From positions 1 through 64,000 of IMG/VR virus record IMGVR_UViG_3300029825_000005: a stretch of DNA of 64,000 nucleotides. The stretch is one strand, 5' to 3'. How positions within the stretch are numbered: position 1 is the stretch's first letter; each line of letters begins with the position of its first letter. Under the pieces are notes generated by a model that saw only the letters and a list, made by a program, of their open reading frames with translations, did not search any database and was not told where the DNA came from. The position numbers and the translations under genes were made by a program. The stretch is from an uncultured virus (IMG/VR IMGVR_UViG_3300029825_000005). Taxonomy: Duplodnaviria > Heunggongvirae > Uroviricota > Caudoviricetes. Positions 45,148 to 56,529 of the stretch are shown here, piece by piece.

Positions 45148-48100
45148 ATGGCTACTCCTAAATATCAAACCCCGATAGATAAGTACCGCTGGCTCAAACA
45201 GCAAATGGACAAGGAAAGCTACGCTGGTCCTGTTGCTGGTTACAGACCAGAGGGATACGACAAGGTATGGCACAGAGAATCAACGATAGACCCAAAGGTG
45301 ACATACTGGAAACCTAACGCTATTAAGGATTCTCTTGCGCCATACGCTGTGTATGACAGCGGCAGAGAAAGGCAATCTTATTGGGAAGACCCCCGCAACG
45401 TGGGGGCTTGGCACGACTACCTTCAGTTGCAAGGTGAGGGCTTTGAAGCGCCTGAGCCTGTAGACAGACACTATATTGAAACCGCTTATCAGTACATGAA
45501 AGAACAGAACGGCTCTCCTAACTGGAACACCTGGAAGCCACTTCCTTTTGGGCATATGCTCTCGTATGTGGCTCAGCAGATTCCTTCACCAGAATCAGCC
45601 ATTGATGAGAGATTTCTGAACTCTACAGCAGACGGCAGCCGTTATCTGCCTGGCACTGATATTCGCAACCCTGCCTATGCGGTGCAAGCGCTCTTGGATT
45701 ACCAGAATGTAATAACCCAGATACAAGACGAAGCACAGCTAAAGACGGCACAGCAGGCTGATGAGTTAAATCAGTTCTATATTACAACGCAACAAGAGAA
45801 TAATCCGATTTACGACCAGTATCAAAAGGAGTTAGAAGAATCCGCTGGTGCTGATTACCTTGAGCTTGAGCCGTGGGAGCAGTGGGTCTTGACGCTGTCC
45901 AGCACCGCTGATATGAAGAACAGACCTAACTGGTCTACAAATATTGGCATAGTTAGTCAAGGTCTTATGGCGGCTGTTGGCGGTTTTGGGCAGGGTTCTT
46001 TAGTGGGCGGTGTTGTCGGCAGTGTAGTACCAGGCTTGGGCACAGCAGCTGGGGCTGTTGGTGGCGGTGTGGCTGGCGCTGTGCTTTCATTCCTTGGTTC
46101 GGTTGACGCTTCTCTACACGCAAGGAAAGGCGAGGAAGTGCCAAGCTGGTTGACAAACACAAATAGGTTCTTCAACCTTTTAGCGGAAGGCGTGGAAAGA
46201 AGTATAGGTGTTGCTCACATAGGGCTGAGCGTACAAGAAGAAAAGCTGGAATCAGGCGCAGAAATAACAGATAATCTATTCCCATCGTGGGAACAAATAA
46301 AAGGCGGTTGGCAGCCGTTCTGGACAGCGTGGAAAGCAGCTGACTTGCAATACGAATCTCTGGCTGGTACAGAGAACGGCGGTATTGGTGACTGGCTTGT
46401 AGACGCCGTATCTACAATAGCTCATACTTTTTTCCCGTCAAAGAACAGCGGTTTGACCACCGGACTTGGTGAAGTATGGCAATTGCACAAGGGCTTGTCT
46501 GGTCCGAGAGCGTTGAAAGGCTCTGGCACAATTGGTAGAGAATCGCAGGAAGAACTGTACAACATGCTTCTTGACAAAGACAACCCTGTAGACCCAGAAG
46601 TGGCACTTGCTATATTCAGAGATAAGTACGGTTACTCTGGCAATCGGAATGATATGTTTTATCAGACCCTTTTAGACCCTGCGGTAGTTATACCGAGAGT
46701 GCTTGCTAATATGGGCGTAGATTATGCTGGCACTAAGATACAGGACATTCAGCGACAAATTTCCGTAGAAGGTCCAAGCCCTGCACTAATTGACAACCTC
46801 ACAGATGCTATGAGGATGCAGGCTACATTTCAAAGGTCGATAGGCAATCCTATTGTTGACATATCCCCTTATCCAGTGCAAATGCTGTTTGATTACGTGA
46901 TTGGCAGAAAGAACCAGAACTTGCGGTCTACCGCTCCTTTCTTCCGTTCTGTTGCAGAATATAAAATGCTGAAAGACACGGGGCTGTTAGCGCCTGCTGC
47001 TTCAACGTTTGAGTTCAAGGCTGGCGATACAGACCTGGGGATGGTTTATTTTGGCACAGACAACTCTATCACATGGAAGAAGCCTGACGGCTCTGTAGAG
47101 TATATGTACGCCAGCACTGCTAATGCCGCTGGCTTCAAGTTTGAAATGGAAGAAGGTAAACCTGTTCTTTACGTGAATGGGCAGCGTGCTTCTACGATTG
47201 GTGGAGAAAATATTTATACCCCGCCAGAAGGAACTACTGTTGTAGACGTAGACCCAAACGCCCCACGCCCTGCTGCGGATGTGGATTTTGTGGAACAAAC
47301 TACGACAGTCACCGCAGACGTGGAACTGCCAGACGGCACAAGAGCGGAGAGTGTTGACATTGACCCAGCCAACCAAACTTTTGAGGCGCATGGACAGGAT
47401 GGGATTACATACATTGCCAGAGTAGAAGATAACGTTGTTATTGACACATTAAACAGCGAAGGTGTTTCTATCCACGACCCTAACAGAGTGATAACGATAA
47501 ATCCAGTACAAGTGCGTGTGAACGGAATGACACCAACAGAGGTAGCAAGGGCGGTTGATACTGTGGCTATTTTAGGCAGGGAATATATAACGCCAGCTCA
47601 GATAGACCCGAAGCTCACGCCGAGACCATTGCTCGACAAGTCTGCAAGCCCAGCCCAGAAAGTAAAATATTTCTTTAATGGTCTAAACAAGCTGACCAGG
47701 CAATCTCAAGTATTAAAAGTGCAAAGCAACCTTCACGACATTGTTAGAAATACCGCTTATATACAAGGGGGTAGTTTTACTCAAATGGTAAGGCTGTTGA
47801 AATCAATATTTAGCGGAGATATGGAGAGCCTTGATACAGCTGCTCGCAAGCTTGCCAACTCTACGGCTGTTGTGACAAGCGCTTCTATCTACAAGGAAGC
47901 AATCAATGATTCAGGCGTAGACACGATGGTTAACCTGTGGAATACCCCAGAGAACCAGCAGAGAATATCTGCCATTGGTAAGCTCTCTGAATCCATTAAT
48001 GTAACACCGGAAGAATTTGTTAAAATGGAAGCAGCGGAGATTGTGCCTTTGGTGCGAGCCGCTCTCCAGCAAAGCCAAGATGCCAATATGCTGGCATTGG

Positions 48101-51100
48101 CTGAGACTGTTACAGAAGACAGTATCACACTGTTGGTGAAGCCTTATATCGGCAAAGACCCGCTGCCAGTCACTGACAACGCTATGAAATTGAAGTGGCT
48201 CAATGCTTTAGACCTTCAGGTAGAAAAAATAGCCACAGAAGTCTATCAGGTACAACCGCTTAACACTGCTCAAAAGCTGTTGAACATTGATAAACAAATA
48301 CTTAGCTATGGTGTGTTCCTGTTGGGTTATCTTAGAACCAACGTACTTTCTAACGCTGGTGGTACTGCTGGTCTTGCAAGTGTTCCTGTCTATCGTAGTA
48401 AGAAGGGCGTAGACCATTTGTGGGAGCGGTTAGGGATGAGTCCACCGAGCGAAGGTGCTACGGCTTACAGACAGATTACTCACGGCGCTTTGTTCGATGC
48501 GCTATGGGGCGGTGAAAACTCTAAAGGCGTGCTAAAGAAAATATCCCAGGGGCTAAGCCAAATTAGCAGGTATCAGCCGTTCATGGCTTTATCAGGGTAT
48601 ATGGAGACTAAAGCACACCAGGGGGCAGACGCTTCTTTTGTTGAGCAGGCGATGGCTTACTTCACGCTTCCAGAGCCACGACCAGAGATAAAACAGAACA
48701 TTATCAATGCGATTGGGGAGAAGGGTTACAGAGACTGGAGAGCTGCTGTCAATAAAGCTTATAACGCTGGCGAGATGAATGATGCTTATAAAGTAAAGAA
48801 CAATCTTATTGCTAAGTATGCTTCAATTGAGAACACTGTTTTGGACGCTTTATATGAAGATGCCCCAGATTTAGGCACGGAACTGATTACAAAGTACGGA
48901 TTAGAAAAGCCGCTGAAAGACATTGTAGAGAACGCACGTACACCAGAGGATGTAGATGCTCAGATTGATGCGCTCAACAAATATATCAAAGAACAGCCTG
49001 CTGTTAGAGCTGCTATTGAAACGCAATCTAAGTTATTTGAAGGTGCTGAAAAGATTAGACAGGAAGGGCTGGTTGGTCTTGCTGACATCATGTTCCAAAT
49101 GGTAGACCAAAGCTTAGAAACTTGGTCTAAATCGCAGGACTTCTGGGAAGAAGCCTGGAATCGTGCCAGTAAAGCTAAAGATAAAGCGACATATCACGCC
49201 ATTATAAGGCAAGCAAAAAGAGACAATATCGCTGCGTGGGAAACGTCCAATGGGAACTCGCTGAACATGCTGAAAGGCGCATTTAGCGTAATGGATGCAA
49301 CAGACCCTAAACAGCAGCCGTTGTTTATTGTGTCTAAAGAGCTGTTCGATATGCGTGAGGAGTGGTCTGTTTGGCTTCAAGACACTTGGAATACTTTTTT
49401 CTATGGGGATTCTCTTTATGACTTCGACCAGATATTAGAGATTATAAGTGTAAAGTCTGAAGGCTATCGGCAAAGAGAAATAGAAATTATGAACTCTATG
49501 GCTGAAAACCTTTCTTCTATATTTGCAGAGAGCAACGCTAAGACTATCGCTGGGGTAGATGTAAAAGACACGGCTGGTGCGGTAGTAGACCTTATGAGCT
49601 TCTATTACAACGGAGACAAAAAGACCAAAGGCTACTTGCAGTTGGCTCAAGAAACAACTGATATGTATGAGTCCGTGAGGGGGCTGGATTACAACAAAGC
49701 AAGGTCTATCAAAAACAAATACTTCAAGAAGCTTGCAATCAATATTGATAAGCTGCACACTGAGCTGACTACCAGGGCGTACAACACCTGGCATAGAAAT
49801 CACCCTGAGATGGTGAGCGCAAAGAAGCCACAAAAGACAGTAACAAGAGAAGAGAAGGAAGCGGATAAATTCAGAAAGTTATACCAGGCGCAGCAGGCTA
49901 ACAACGATGTTCAGAGACGAGCAGCTAAGTCTGAATTAGACGCACAAACAGTAAGCAAAGGCACGGTTACGAGGTCTGCCCTGCGTGACTTCCTTGCCAG
50001 TACAGAAACAGACGTAGATATTTCTATGGCTTTAGTGGACAGTGTGGCTGAAGCTTGGGCGCACAATAACGGCAAAAAGCCTGAGGAGTGGTACTCCAAC
50101 ATTGGGGAGCTTGCGTTTGTAGATGCAGAATCCTTTAGCGTAAGTGTAAGAGACAAGGTAGTAGAAACGCTTGGAATGACCACCTTTGACGCTGTAGGTA
50201 AGGCTACTTTGACTTTTGCTAAAGGCGCTAACCTTACCACGCTCACCCACGAATTAGGGCACTTGATTGAAGCTACATTAGCAGACAACGACCTTACCGT
50301 AATGGTAGAGAATTTTGGCGCAGGTATCACGCTTGAGCAGTATAAGGCTGCAAGGTTGAAAGCAAGGCATGGGCTGGAACTGACCGATGCGGAAGACAAG
50401 ATGTTCAGGGATGTTGCAGAAGGAACGGCTGAAGGATTCCAGAAGTGGTTGATGGATGACAGTATCAGAGCGGAAACACCTGCCAGGCTCGCAAAGTTAT
50501 TCAAAAGCATAGCAGACTGGCTACACAAACTTATCAGCAAGCTTTCAGAACGTATTAGTTCTATGGACTTCCCGCAGGAACTAAAAGATTTATATGAGAG
50601 AGTAGCAAGGGTAGTAGACACGGCTGAAGCAGAGACCACAAACGCAAACCTAATGTCTACACTACCGACTGGCGTACAACACAGTCTGATAGACGCAGAC
50701 AATGTAAGCTACCCTGTCACTGCCAGGCTCATAGACCTGCGGAATGTTATCAACTCTCACAATACGGATGGTACAAAGAACACCATATTCCCTGTAGAGC
50801 GCCAGCCACGTACTTATAACCAGCTGTTTGTACAGAAGATAGCGAGAGAGCTAAATCCCATCAAGCTGCTGGAGAAAAACTCTGGGTTTGCCATAGGTCC
50901 TATTATTCTCAATGAGAACGGACAGGTCATGGTAGGCAACCATAGGGCAGGCGCTATGCGGTTAGCAGTAATGGATTACCCTGACCGCTGGAAGGCTTAC
51001 CAGGAAGAACTCGTAAAGAGACTGCCAGAGTATGGCTTGAGTGAAACTGATTTAGAGGGCATAGACCAACCCGTTCTTGTGTACACAGCCAGAAGCGCTG

Positions 51101-54100
51101 ATATTGATGCCGTTGTAAATGCTGGCAATATTCAAGAGCAGCAAGTCTTTATGATGTTTGATAACGCTAAGCGCTGGTCAACGTCGTTTCATCAGGACAG
51201 CTTAGCTAAGCTTGTCGTCGGAGATAACCAAACGTTCACAGACGCTATTAGAAGTGCCGCAAACAAAGACATAGTTTTCGACTTTATGGCTGGTCTTTCT
51301 GAATCAGAGAAAACCTCATTTGTTGGTAAAAACGGTTACTTGACAGATACTGGCGTGAGTGCCATAAAAAGGTCGCTTTCCTACCTGGCTATTGGCGGTA
51401 ATGAAGCTGGCGATAGTTTCCTCAAAGCCGCATTTGAAGACGCTGGGAGTTTGAGCGCCAATGTAATGAACGCATTGTTAGAATCCACCCCAGCGATTGT
51501 GAAGCTAAAGGCTTCTATTGAGAGTGGTGCTCTTACGCCAGATTATGCCATTTCTGACATTCTGGCTAAAGGCATAAGTGATTACATGTCGTTTATGAAT
51601 CTGCCACCCAAAGACAGGATATTAGACCAAACAACTATTTTTGATACAGACACAGTGGCTGGATTAGATAAGGATCTTATTCGGTTCTTTATGAATTACA
51701 GTTCGTCACCAAAGGCAATCAAAGCGATAATAACAGAATATGTAGATGGGGCTGTAGCTTCTGCAACCGCACCTGGGCAAGATGCTCTATTTGAAATGCC
51801 TAAGCCGTCTGCTGATTTGTTTATGGATGTTATAAGGAAAGCTAACGGACAACAGCTTGATGTTATAAAAGAAGTTACAGACTTGAAACACAGACGGTTG
51901 GTGTCTGAGATGAGCGAGTCTCCAGCCAGAAACTGGGAAGAGGAAATGCGAGCGCCTATTATCAAGTCTCTTAGGGAAATGCTAAAGGACATTACCCCCA
52001 CGCCGTCTGATATGCCTGACTGGATTCGAGTGCCAGGTCTTATGAGCGAAGACGTAAAGACCTCTTATAGAAATGCCCGCAAGGTTATCAAAAGCGTTAT
52101 TGACGAATTAGACCAGGGCAATGTGCTTTATCCTGAGCAAAGAGCTTTGGTTCTTCAGCAGGCTTTCACCAGAAGCTTGGCTTCTGATGACGCTTTTAGA
52201 AAGTACGCTGGGCTTGAGGGAGATAACTTCGCTCTTGGCGCTCAGGCTAACAAATTATTACAGGACATAAATCAGACGACAGACGACTCTGGAGAAATAA
52301 AGAGAGTGGGTGATGAAGCGATGAAGCTGCTTGCAAGCGGTGGTCCTGAGGATGTGTTGAATGAAGTTATCAAGAAAGCCACAGAGAAAACAACCGTTAT
52401 CAGCGAGCAGGATGCTTTTGAAGAACTTGGAGCTGACCCTAAGAGAGAGGTTGGCATAGAGAGAGGACAAAGGGTGATAGACCAACCAGTCAGAGGTACT
52501 TCAATGGGCAGGACTGCACCTGGCGTGAGACCTGACGGAGAGATGTTCTCTGAACTCTCACAGGAGATTGACGCATTGCTCAACACTTTTAGAGAAGAAT
52601 TGAAAAAAGACTTGGGCAACGAGTATGAATTTCCTGAGGAGATAAAGGACTTGCTTGACAAGCAGCTTCCGCTTGACCAGGAGAAATTGAAAGAGAAGGT
52701 TATGGCTTCTGCACAACTCGCTCAGCAGCTGAGACACGAAACACTTGTGAATTACTCTGAGCGATACGGTGCTGACCAGGTATTGGAAGTTCTGTTCCCT
52801 TACCAGTTGTGGTACACAAGGTCAGCGTTAGCTTGGCTAAAGAAGATTGTCACGACTCCTGCGATGATGGCGTTTATTGAGAGATACAAAGAGCTGCTCA
52901 AAAGGAACTCTTTGTCTGGCTTCCCGACACGTGTTGGTGGTAAACACATGATACCTTACGGCGATGAGGGCTTTATGTTTATGAACTGGCTCGACATCTT
53001 GTACCCACCAGAACAGATATTTGGCGTAGTAGACAACTTTGCTGACTTGAACGATGAGCTTTATGATGATACTGTTCGTATTATTAGAGCTAAAATCCTC
53101 TCTGGAGAAATCAGTGCAGCGGAAGCTGAGGAATCCATTAAGAACAGAAACGATGATACTTGGAATAGTGCTATGGCTGAAGCTACTATCAACTGGCACG
53201 AAGAATCAGGCGATGCGGTTACTATGACTTCGTTGGCTATGCTGCCACGAGCAAGTTTCAGTGCTGCTTATTATGGGCTTATTGGTCAGAAAGAGAAAAT
53301 CAATCAGTTGGCTATGACTAAGCTTGGCAACATGCTCAAAGGCGTAGACCCCGATGGGTTTGTTGGTCTACTTGGAGAGATTGTTGCTCTACCTGAGAAC
53401 ACAGCGCGTAAGGCTGTTGGACTTAGCAGAGAAGGGCAGTGGGGTGAGATGTACGTAGACAAGAAGCTGACAGAGCTTGCTATGTCTGGTGCATATTCAC
53501 CTGACGAGGTGGTGATGGCTATGCTTGAAAGAAAGGGCGAAGCTTATGATACAGCTGCACGATTGTCTCAAGTTGACCTGATAGCTACTTCTCAGCCTGG
53601 CGGCATTGTTTACCATGCAATAGAGACGCGAAATCTTGACGGTATTATGCCTGCCATTATGACGGCGCTGTTCCCTAAAGGTTTGTACTCAATGGAAGAA
53701 ATGAAATACAGAGGGCTGCAAGCTGAATACAATCAAGCCTGGGACGACTTCTCTCACGGAGACGCTAAGGCTCTTGACAAATTCTTTGAAGCTCATCCAG
53801 AATATGAAGCAAGGTTGCCACTCTATAAAGAGCCTGAGGAACGGCTGAGAGAATATGCGATTACTGCTATCTGGGATGCTTACGGAGCTCTTAGTTCTGC
53901 TGATAAATCTCTTGTTACAGACCAGCTCGGTAAGACGTTTGAAACGCTGTTCCTTGACAATAAGACCAGAAACTACGATGAGATTACTATTGACACGCTT
54001 GTTCTTTGGGGCAAACAGCTTGGCGCTGGTGTGCCAGAAAGCGCTTTAGCTGGGCAGCAGGTAGAGCCGCTGGAGTATTACAGAGAAGATGTAAGCGCAG

Positions 54101-54522
54101 CCGTACAGCAATTTACTGATTACAGAAAGGCTAACTTCCCTAACTGGTACACGTTGCAGCAGGCTTACTTTGACCCTGCTATGGAAGACGAAGATAAAAA
54201 AGCACAATTCAAAAAGGACTTCCCAGAGTTCCAGGAGTACATGGACTGGAAGGCTGATTATGTGGAGAAGAATCCTCTCGTGGCTCAATACCTTGAGGAG
54301 AAATCTAACAGCTACGATGGCAGTGAGTTAACAGAGTTTGGTGTTACTACTAACGAATGGATGGCTCAATTTGACCCTGCTGTTGGTGCAGCCCTTATTA
54401 TGTACGCATACGGAGAACCCCTGCCACCTGCAGCTAAGTCTGAGCTTGTAAAGGTGTGGGAAGCGCTCGGAGAGCCTAACTATACATTTGACTTGTGGTT
54501 GAAATATGGTATTGGACGCTAA
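45148..54522 (+). CDS. Giant polyvalent/internal virion (ejection) protein, 3124 aa
   Basis: Glycine-zipper segment, HELGH zincin motif (about 50248-50262), DdrB-like ParB segment (NSH...ERQPR...GNHR). Confidence 0.75.
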   Translation: MATPKYQTPIDKYRWLKQQMDKESYAGPVAGYRPEGYDKVWHRESTIDPKVTYWKPNAIKDSLAPYAVYDSGRERQSYWEDPRNVGAWHDYLQLQGEGFEAPEPVDRHYIETAYQYMKEQNGSPNWNTWKPLPFGHMLSYVAQQIPSPESAIDERFLNSTADGSRYLPGTDIRNPAYAVQALLDYQNVITQIQDEAQLKTAQQADELNQFYITTQQENNPIYDQYQKELEESAGADYLELEPWEQWVLTLSSTADMKNRPNWSTNIGIVSQGLMAAVGGFGQGSLVGGVVGSVVPGLGTAAGAVGGGVAGAVLSFLGSVDASLHARKGEEVPSWLTNTNRFFNLLAEGVERSIGVAHIGLSVQEEKLESGAEITDNLFPSWEQIKGGWQPFWTAWKAADLQYESLAGTENGGIGDWLVDAVSTIAHTFFPSKNSGLTTGLGEVWQLHKGLSGPRALKGSGTIGRESQEELYNMLLDKDNPVDPEVALAIFRDKYGYSGNRNDMFYQTLLDPAVVIPRVLANMGVDYAGTKIQDIQRQISVEGPSPALIDNLTDAMRMQATFQRSIGNPIVDISPYPVQMLFDYVIGRKNQNLRSTAPFFRSVAEYKMLKDTGLLAPAASTFEFKAGDTDLGMVYFGTDNSITWKKPDGSVEYMYASTANAAGFKFEMEEGKPVLYVNGQRASTIGGENIYTPPEGTTVVDVDPNAPRPAADVDFVEQTTTVTADVELPDGTRAESVDIDPANQTFEAHGQDGITYIARVEDNVVIDTLNSEGVSIHDPNRVITINPVQVRVNGMTPTEVARAVDTVAILGREYITPAQIDPKLTPRPLLDKSASPAQKVKYFFNGLNKLTRQSQVLKVQSNLHDIVRNTAYIQGGSFTQMVRLLKSIFSGDMESLDTAARKLANSTAVVTSASIYKEAINDSGVDTMVNLWNTPENQQRISAIGKLSESINVTPEEFVKMEAAEIVPLVRAALQQSQDANMLALAETVTEDSITLLVKPYIGKDPLPVTDNAMKLKWLNALDLQVEKIATEVYQVQPLNTAQKLLNIDKQILSYGVFLLGYLRTNVLSNAGGTAGLASVPVYRSKKGVDHLWERLGMSPPSEGATAYRQITHGALFDALWGGENSKGVLKKISQGLSQISRYQPFMALSGYMETKAHQGADASFVEQAMAYFTLPEPRPEIKQNIINAIGEKGYRDWRAAVNKAYNAGEMNDAYKVKNNLIAKYASIENTVLDALYEDAPDLGTELITKYGLEKPLKDIVENARTPEDVDAQIDALNKYIKEQPAVRAAIETQSKLFEGAEKIRQEGLVGLADIMFQMVDQSLETWSKSQDFWEEAWNRASKAKDKATYHAIIRQAKRDNIAAWETSNGNSLNMLKGAFSVMDATDPKQQPLFIVSKELFDMREEWSVWLQDTWNTFFYGDSLYDFDQILEIISVKSEGYRQREIEIMNSMAENLSSIFAESNAKTIAGVDVKDTAGAVVDLMSFYYNGDKKTKGYLQLAQETTDMYESVRGLDYNKARSIKNKYFKKLAINIDKLHTELTTRAYNTWHRNHPEMVSAKKPQKTVTREEKEADKFRKLYQAQQANNDVQRRAAKSELDAQTVSKGTVTRSALRDFLASTETDVDISMALVDSVAEAWAHNNGKKPEEWYSNIGELAFVDAESFSVSVRDKVVETLGMTTFDAVGKATLTFAKGANLTTLTHELGHLIEATLADNDLTVMVENFGAGITLEQYKAARLKARHGLELTDAEDKMFRDVAEGTAEGFQKWLMDDSIRAETPARLAKLFKSIADWLHKLISKLSERISSMDFPQELKDLYERVARVVDTAEAETTNANLMSTLPTGVQHSLIDADNVSYPVTARLIDLRNVINSHNTDGTKNTIFPVERQPRTYNQLFVQKIARELNPIKLLEKNSGFAIGPIILNENGQVMVGNHRAGAMRLAVMDYPDRWKAYQEELVKRLPEYGLSETDLEGIDQPVLVYTARSADIDAVVNAGNIQEQQVFMMFDNAKRWSTSFHQDSLAKLVVGDNQTFTDAIRSAANKDIVFDFMAGLSESEKTSFVGKNGYLTDTGVSAIKRSLSYLAIGGNEAGDSFLKAAFEDAGSLSANVMNALLESTPAIVKLKASIESGALTPDYAISDILAKGISDYMSFMNLPPKDRILDQTTIFDTDTVAGLDKDLIRFFMNYSSSPKAIKAIITEYVDGAVASATAPGQDALFEMPKPSADLFMDVIRKANGQQLDVIKEVTDLKHRRLVSEMSESPARNWEEEMRAPIIKSLREMLKDITPTPSDMPDWIRVPGLMSEDVKTSYRNARKVIKSVIDELDQGNVLYPEQRALVLQQAFTRSLASDDAFRKYAGLEGDNFALGAQANKLLQDINQTTDDSGEIKRVGDEAMKLLASGGPEDVLNEVIKKATEKTTVISEQDAFEELGADPKREVGIERGQRVIDQPVRGTSMGRTAPGVRPDGEMFSELSQEIDALLNTFREELKKDLGNEYEFPEEIKDLLDKQLPLDQEKLKEKVMASAQLAQQLRHETLVNYSERYGADQVLEVLFPYQLWYTRSALAWLKKIVTTPAMMAFIERYKELLKRNSLSGFPTRVGGKHMIPYGDEGFMFMNWLDILYPPEQIFGVVDNFADLNDELYDDTVRIIRAKILSGEISAAEAEESIKNRNDDTWNSAMAEATINWHEESGDAVTMTSLAMLPRASFSAAYYGLIGQKEKINQLAMTKLGNMLKGVDPDGFVGLLGEIVALPENTARKAVGLSREGQWGEMYVDKKLTELAMSGAYSPDEVVMAMLERKGEAYDTAARLSQVDLIATSQPGGIVYHAIETRNLDGIMPAIMTALFPKGLYSMEEMKYRGLQAEYNQAWDDFSHGDAKALDKFFEAHPEYEARLPLYKEPEERLREYAITAIWDAYGALSSADKSLVTDQLGKTFETLFLDNKTRNYDEITIDTLVLWGKQLGAGVPESALAGQQVEPLEYYREDVSAAVQQFTDYRKANFPNWYTLQQAYFDPAMEDEDKKAQFKKDFPEFQEYMDWKADYVEKNPLVAQYLEEKSNSYDGSELTEFGVTTNEWMAQFDPAVGAALIMYAYGEPLPPAAKSELVKVWEALGEPNYTFDLWLKYGIGR

Positions 54523-54540
54523 TTAATATTAGTGTATAAT
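54512..54540 (+). promoter_or_regulatory. Promoter for scaffold/capsid genes
   Basis: TTGGAC-17 nt-TATAAT. Confidence 0.6.
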
Positions 54541-54561
54541 AACTGCTAAGGAGAAAATGAA

Positions 54562-55305
54562 ATGACAAAAGACGTTTATAACCAGGGCGGTGGAGAGGGT
54601 TTGGGTAAACCTGCTTCATCGTCAACCACTTCCCCAGAAGCATCTGCACCCACAGGTGGCGAAGGTAAGGAGTCTATTGGGAATGAGCCAATCACAAGAG
54701 AGTACCTTGAAAAGTTTGGCGAGGAGATATTGAGCAAAGCAGTAAGCAAAGCGCAATCTCTGACAGACAAGATGGGCAGTGCTCTCGACCAGAAGGTTAA
54801 GGAAGCTCACAGTAAAGCCGAGGAAGCTATCAAGCTTATCGAATCAGGTGGTGTAAACATGACTGAAGAACAGAAACAAGCCATTAGGCAGACTGCGGTC
54901 AATGAAGCCATCAGCCGACCTGCGGAAGCGCCCGAAAGCCCGAAGGGTATTGAAACTCCAAGTTTTGTTGATGCCGAAGTAAAAAGGATTATGGCAGAAT
55001 CTGGAATCTATGTATCGCCAGAAGAAGCAGAAAATCTTATCGGCACAGGTTTGTCTCCGTTTGTTTATGTTGAAAAATTTAAGCAATTAGTTGAGACAAA
55101 GAAACGCAACCCCTCTGTAAGACTCGGAACTCTTGCGCCAGGTGGAGATGCTGTTGATGATGTCACAGCGCTTCGTAGTAAGTACCAAGACGAGATGGAA
55201 CAAATCCGTTTGGGCAAACACCCTACGATTCGGCGTGGCAATATCGCACAAATCACCGACCTAAAGAAAGAGTATATCAAGAAGGGATTAACCAACATTT
55301 GGTAA
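54562..55305 (+). CDS. Capsid scaffolding protein
   Basis: Charged, helical; directly upstream of the capsid gene. Confidence 0.65.
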   Translation: MTKDVYNQGGGEGLGKPASSSTTSPEASAPTGGEGKESIGNEPITREYLEKFGEEILSKAVSKAQSLTDKMGSALDQKVKEAHSKAEEAIKLIESGGVNMTEEQKQAIRQTAVNEAISRPAEAPESPKGIETPSFVDAEVKRIMAESGIYVSPEEAENLIGTGLSPFVYVEKFKQLVETKKRNPSVRLGTLAPGGDAVDDVTALRSKYQDEMEQIRLGKHPTIRRGNIAQITDLKKEYIKKGLTNIW

Positions 55306-55329
55306 TGATAATCTTTGGAGGATTAACAC

Positions 55330-56469
55330 ATGGCTAACGTAGCCCCACCCTATTCTACATACGTAAATACCGCTGAAAACAAGCGTGTAATTACCGACTA
55401 TATTTCTCTTCTTGACCCCAGTGATGCTCCATTTGTGGAATCAATTGGTGGTCTTGACGGCGCTGCCAGTAAATTCAGATTCACTAATCAAGGAACTTTG
55501 GTGGAGTGGATTGAGGATACTCTTGCACCGCTGACAGGAGCGCTCTCAATCGGCACGGCAGCCACTGTTTCAACAGCTACTGCGCTAACCGTAGCTGACG
55601 CTAACATGGTACAGCCTGGACATATCCTGCTTCAAGGTTCTGAATTGATGTGGGTATCTGCGAATGATTCTGGTGCAATCACCGTCACTCGTGGTCTTGG
55701 CAGCACTACCGCAACCACCCTGGCTACCAACAATACTTTTGCTATTGTCGGTATGGCTCGTCTTGAAGGAGATGATTCCGACCCCATCGGATATACAGAC
55801 CTTACAACCAACAGCAACTATACTCAGATTTTCCACAAGGAAGTCAAACAAACTGGCACAGCCCCCTATCAAGACCGATGGGGCATGGGCGACCAGATGC
55901 AGTATGAGTCTGCTAAGTCAATCCCTGAGATGATGAGACTGATTGAACGCACCCTGCAATATGGTAAGCGCTCAGCTGGCTCTACCATAACTCCCAGGAT
56001 GATGGGCGGTTATCAAGAGTTCATCCAAACCAACAAAGCGTCTGGCGCTAACATCAGCGTGGCTTCACTTGCTCCTGCTGTTATTGAAGATGCCGTTGAG
56101 TTGATTTACAATGCTGGCGGCTCAGGAGACTTTCTTGCGATTGTCAACCCTGCCACCTACCAGAAAATCAAGAACGCCTATGACAGTTCAAGCTTTGTGC
56201 GCTACCCGCCAGAGCAGACCCAATTTGGCACTCTGGTAGACAGAATCATCACACCATTCGGCAACGTCTCGTTTGTGATTGACCGCTGGCAGCTGTCCAG
56301 TCTTATCCCGATTATGAAACTTGACAACGTAGGTATGCTTACCTTGCGCCCCTGGCAAGTTGAGGATTTGGCTAAGACTGGTGACGCTGAAAAGAAGCAA
56401 TTGATTGGAGAGTTCTCATTCTGTATGAAACTCGAAAAGTCGCACGCTTTGCTGACCGCAGTGTCCTAA
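55330..56469 (+). CDS. Major capsid protein (SU10/DUF5309-like)
   Basis: ISLLDPSDAPF, EWIEDTL, NYTQIF, RMMGG, LAKTGDAEKKQLIGEF; strong SD and downstream terminator. Confidence 0.9.
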   Translation: MANVAPPYSTYVNTAENKRVITDYISLLDPSDAPFVESIGGLDGAASKFRFTNQGTLVEWIEDTLAPLTGALSIGTAATVSTATALTVADANMVQPGHILLQGSELMWVSANDSGAITVTRGLGSTTATTLATNNTFAIVGMARLEGDDSDPIGYTDLTTNSNYTQIFHKEVKQTGTAPYQDRWGMGDQMQYESAKSIPEMMRLIERTLQYGKRSAGSTITPRMMGGYQEFIQTNKASGANISVASLAPAVIEDAVELIYNAGGSGDFLAIVNPATYQKIKNAYDSSSFVRYPPEQTQFGTLVDRIITPFGNVSFVIDRWQLSSLIPIMKLDNVGMLTLRPWQVEDLAKTGDAEKKQLIGEFSFCMKLEKSHALLTAVS

Positions 56470-56478
56470 CAATTGAGT

Positions 56479-56520
56479 TAGCAGGTGGGGCAACTTGTAC
56501 CCCACCTGCTGCTATAAAAA
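56479..56520 (+). terminator. Terminator-like hairpin after the capsid gene
   Basis: AGCAGGTGGGG-CAACTTGTA-CCCCACCTGCT; U-tract weak on the + strand. Confidence 0.6.
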
Positions 56521-56529
56521 GAGAGCATA

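Noticed and set aside
49911..50702. 263-aa antisense ORF within the giant gene
   Set aside because: Ser-rich shadow frame with no motifs or SD.
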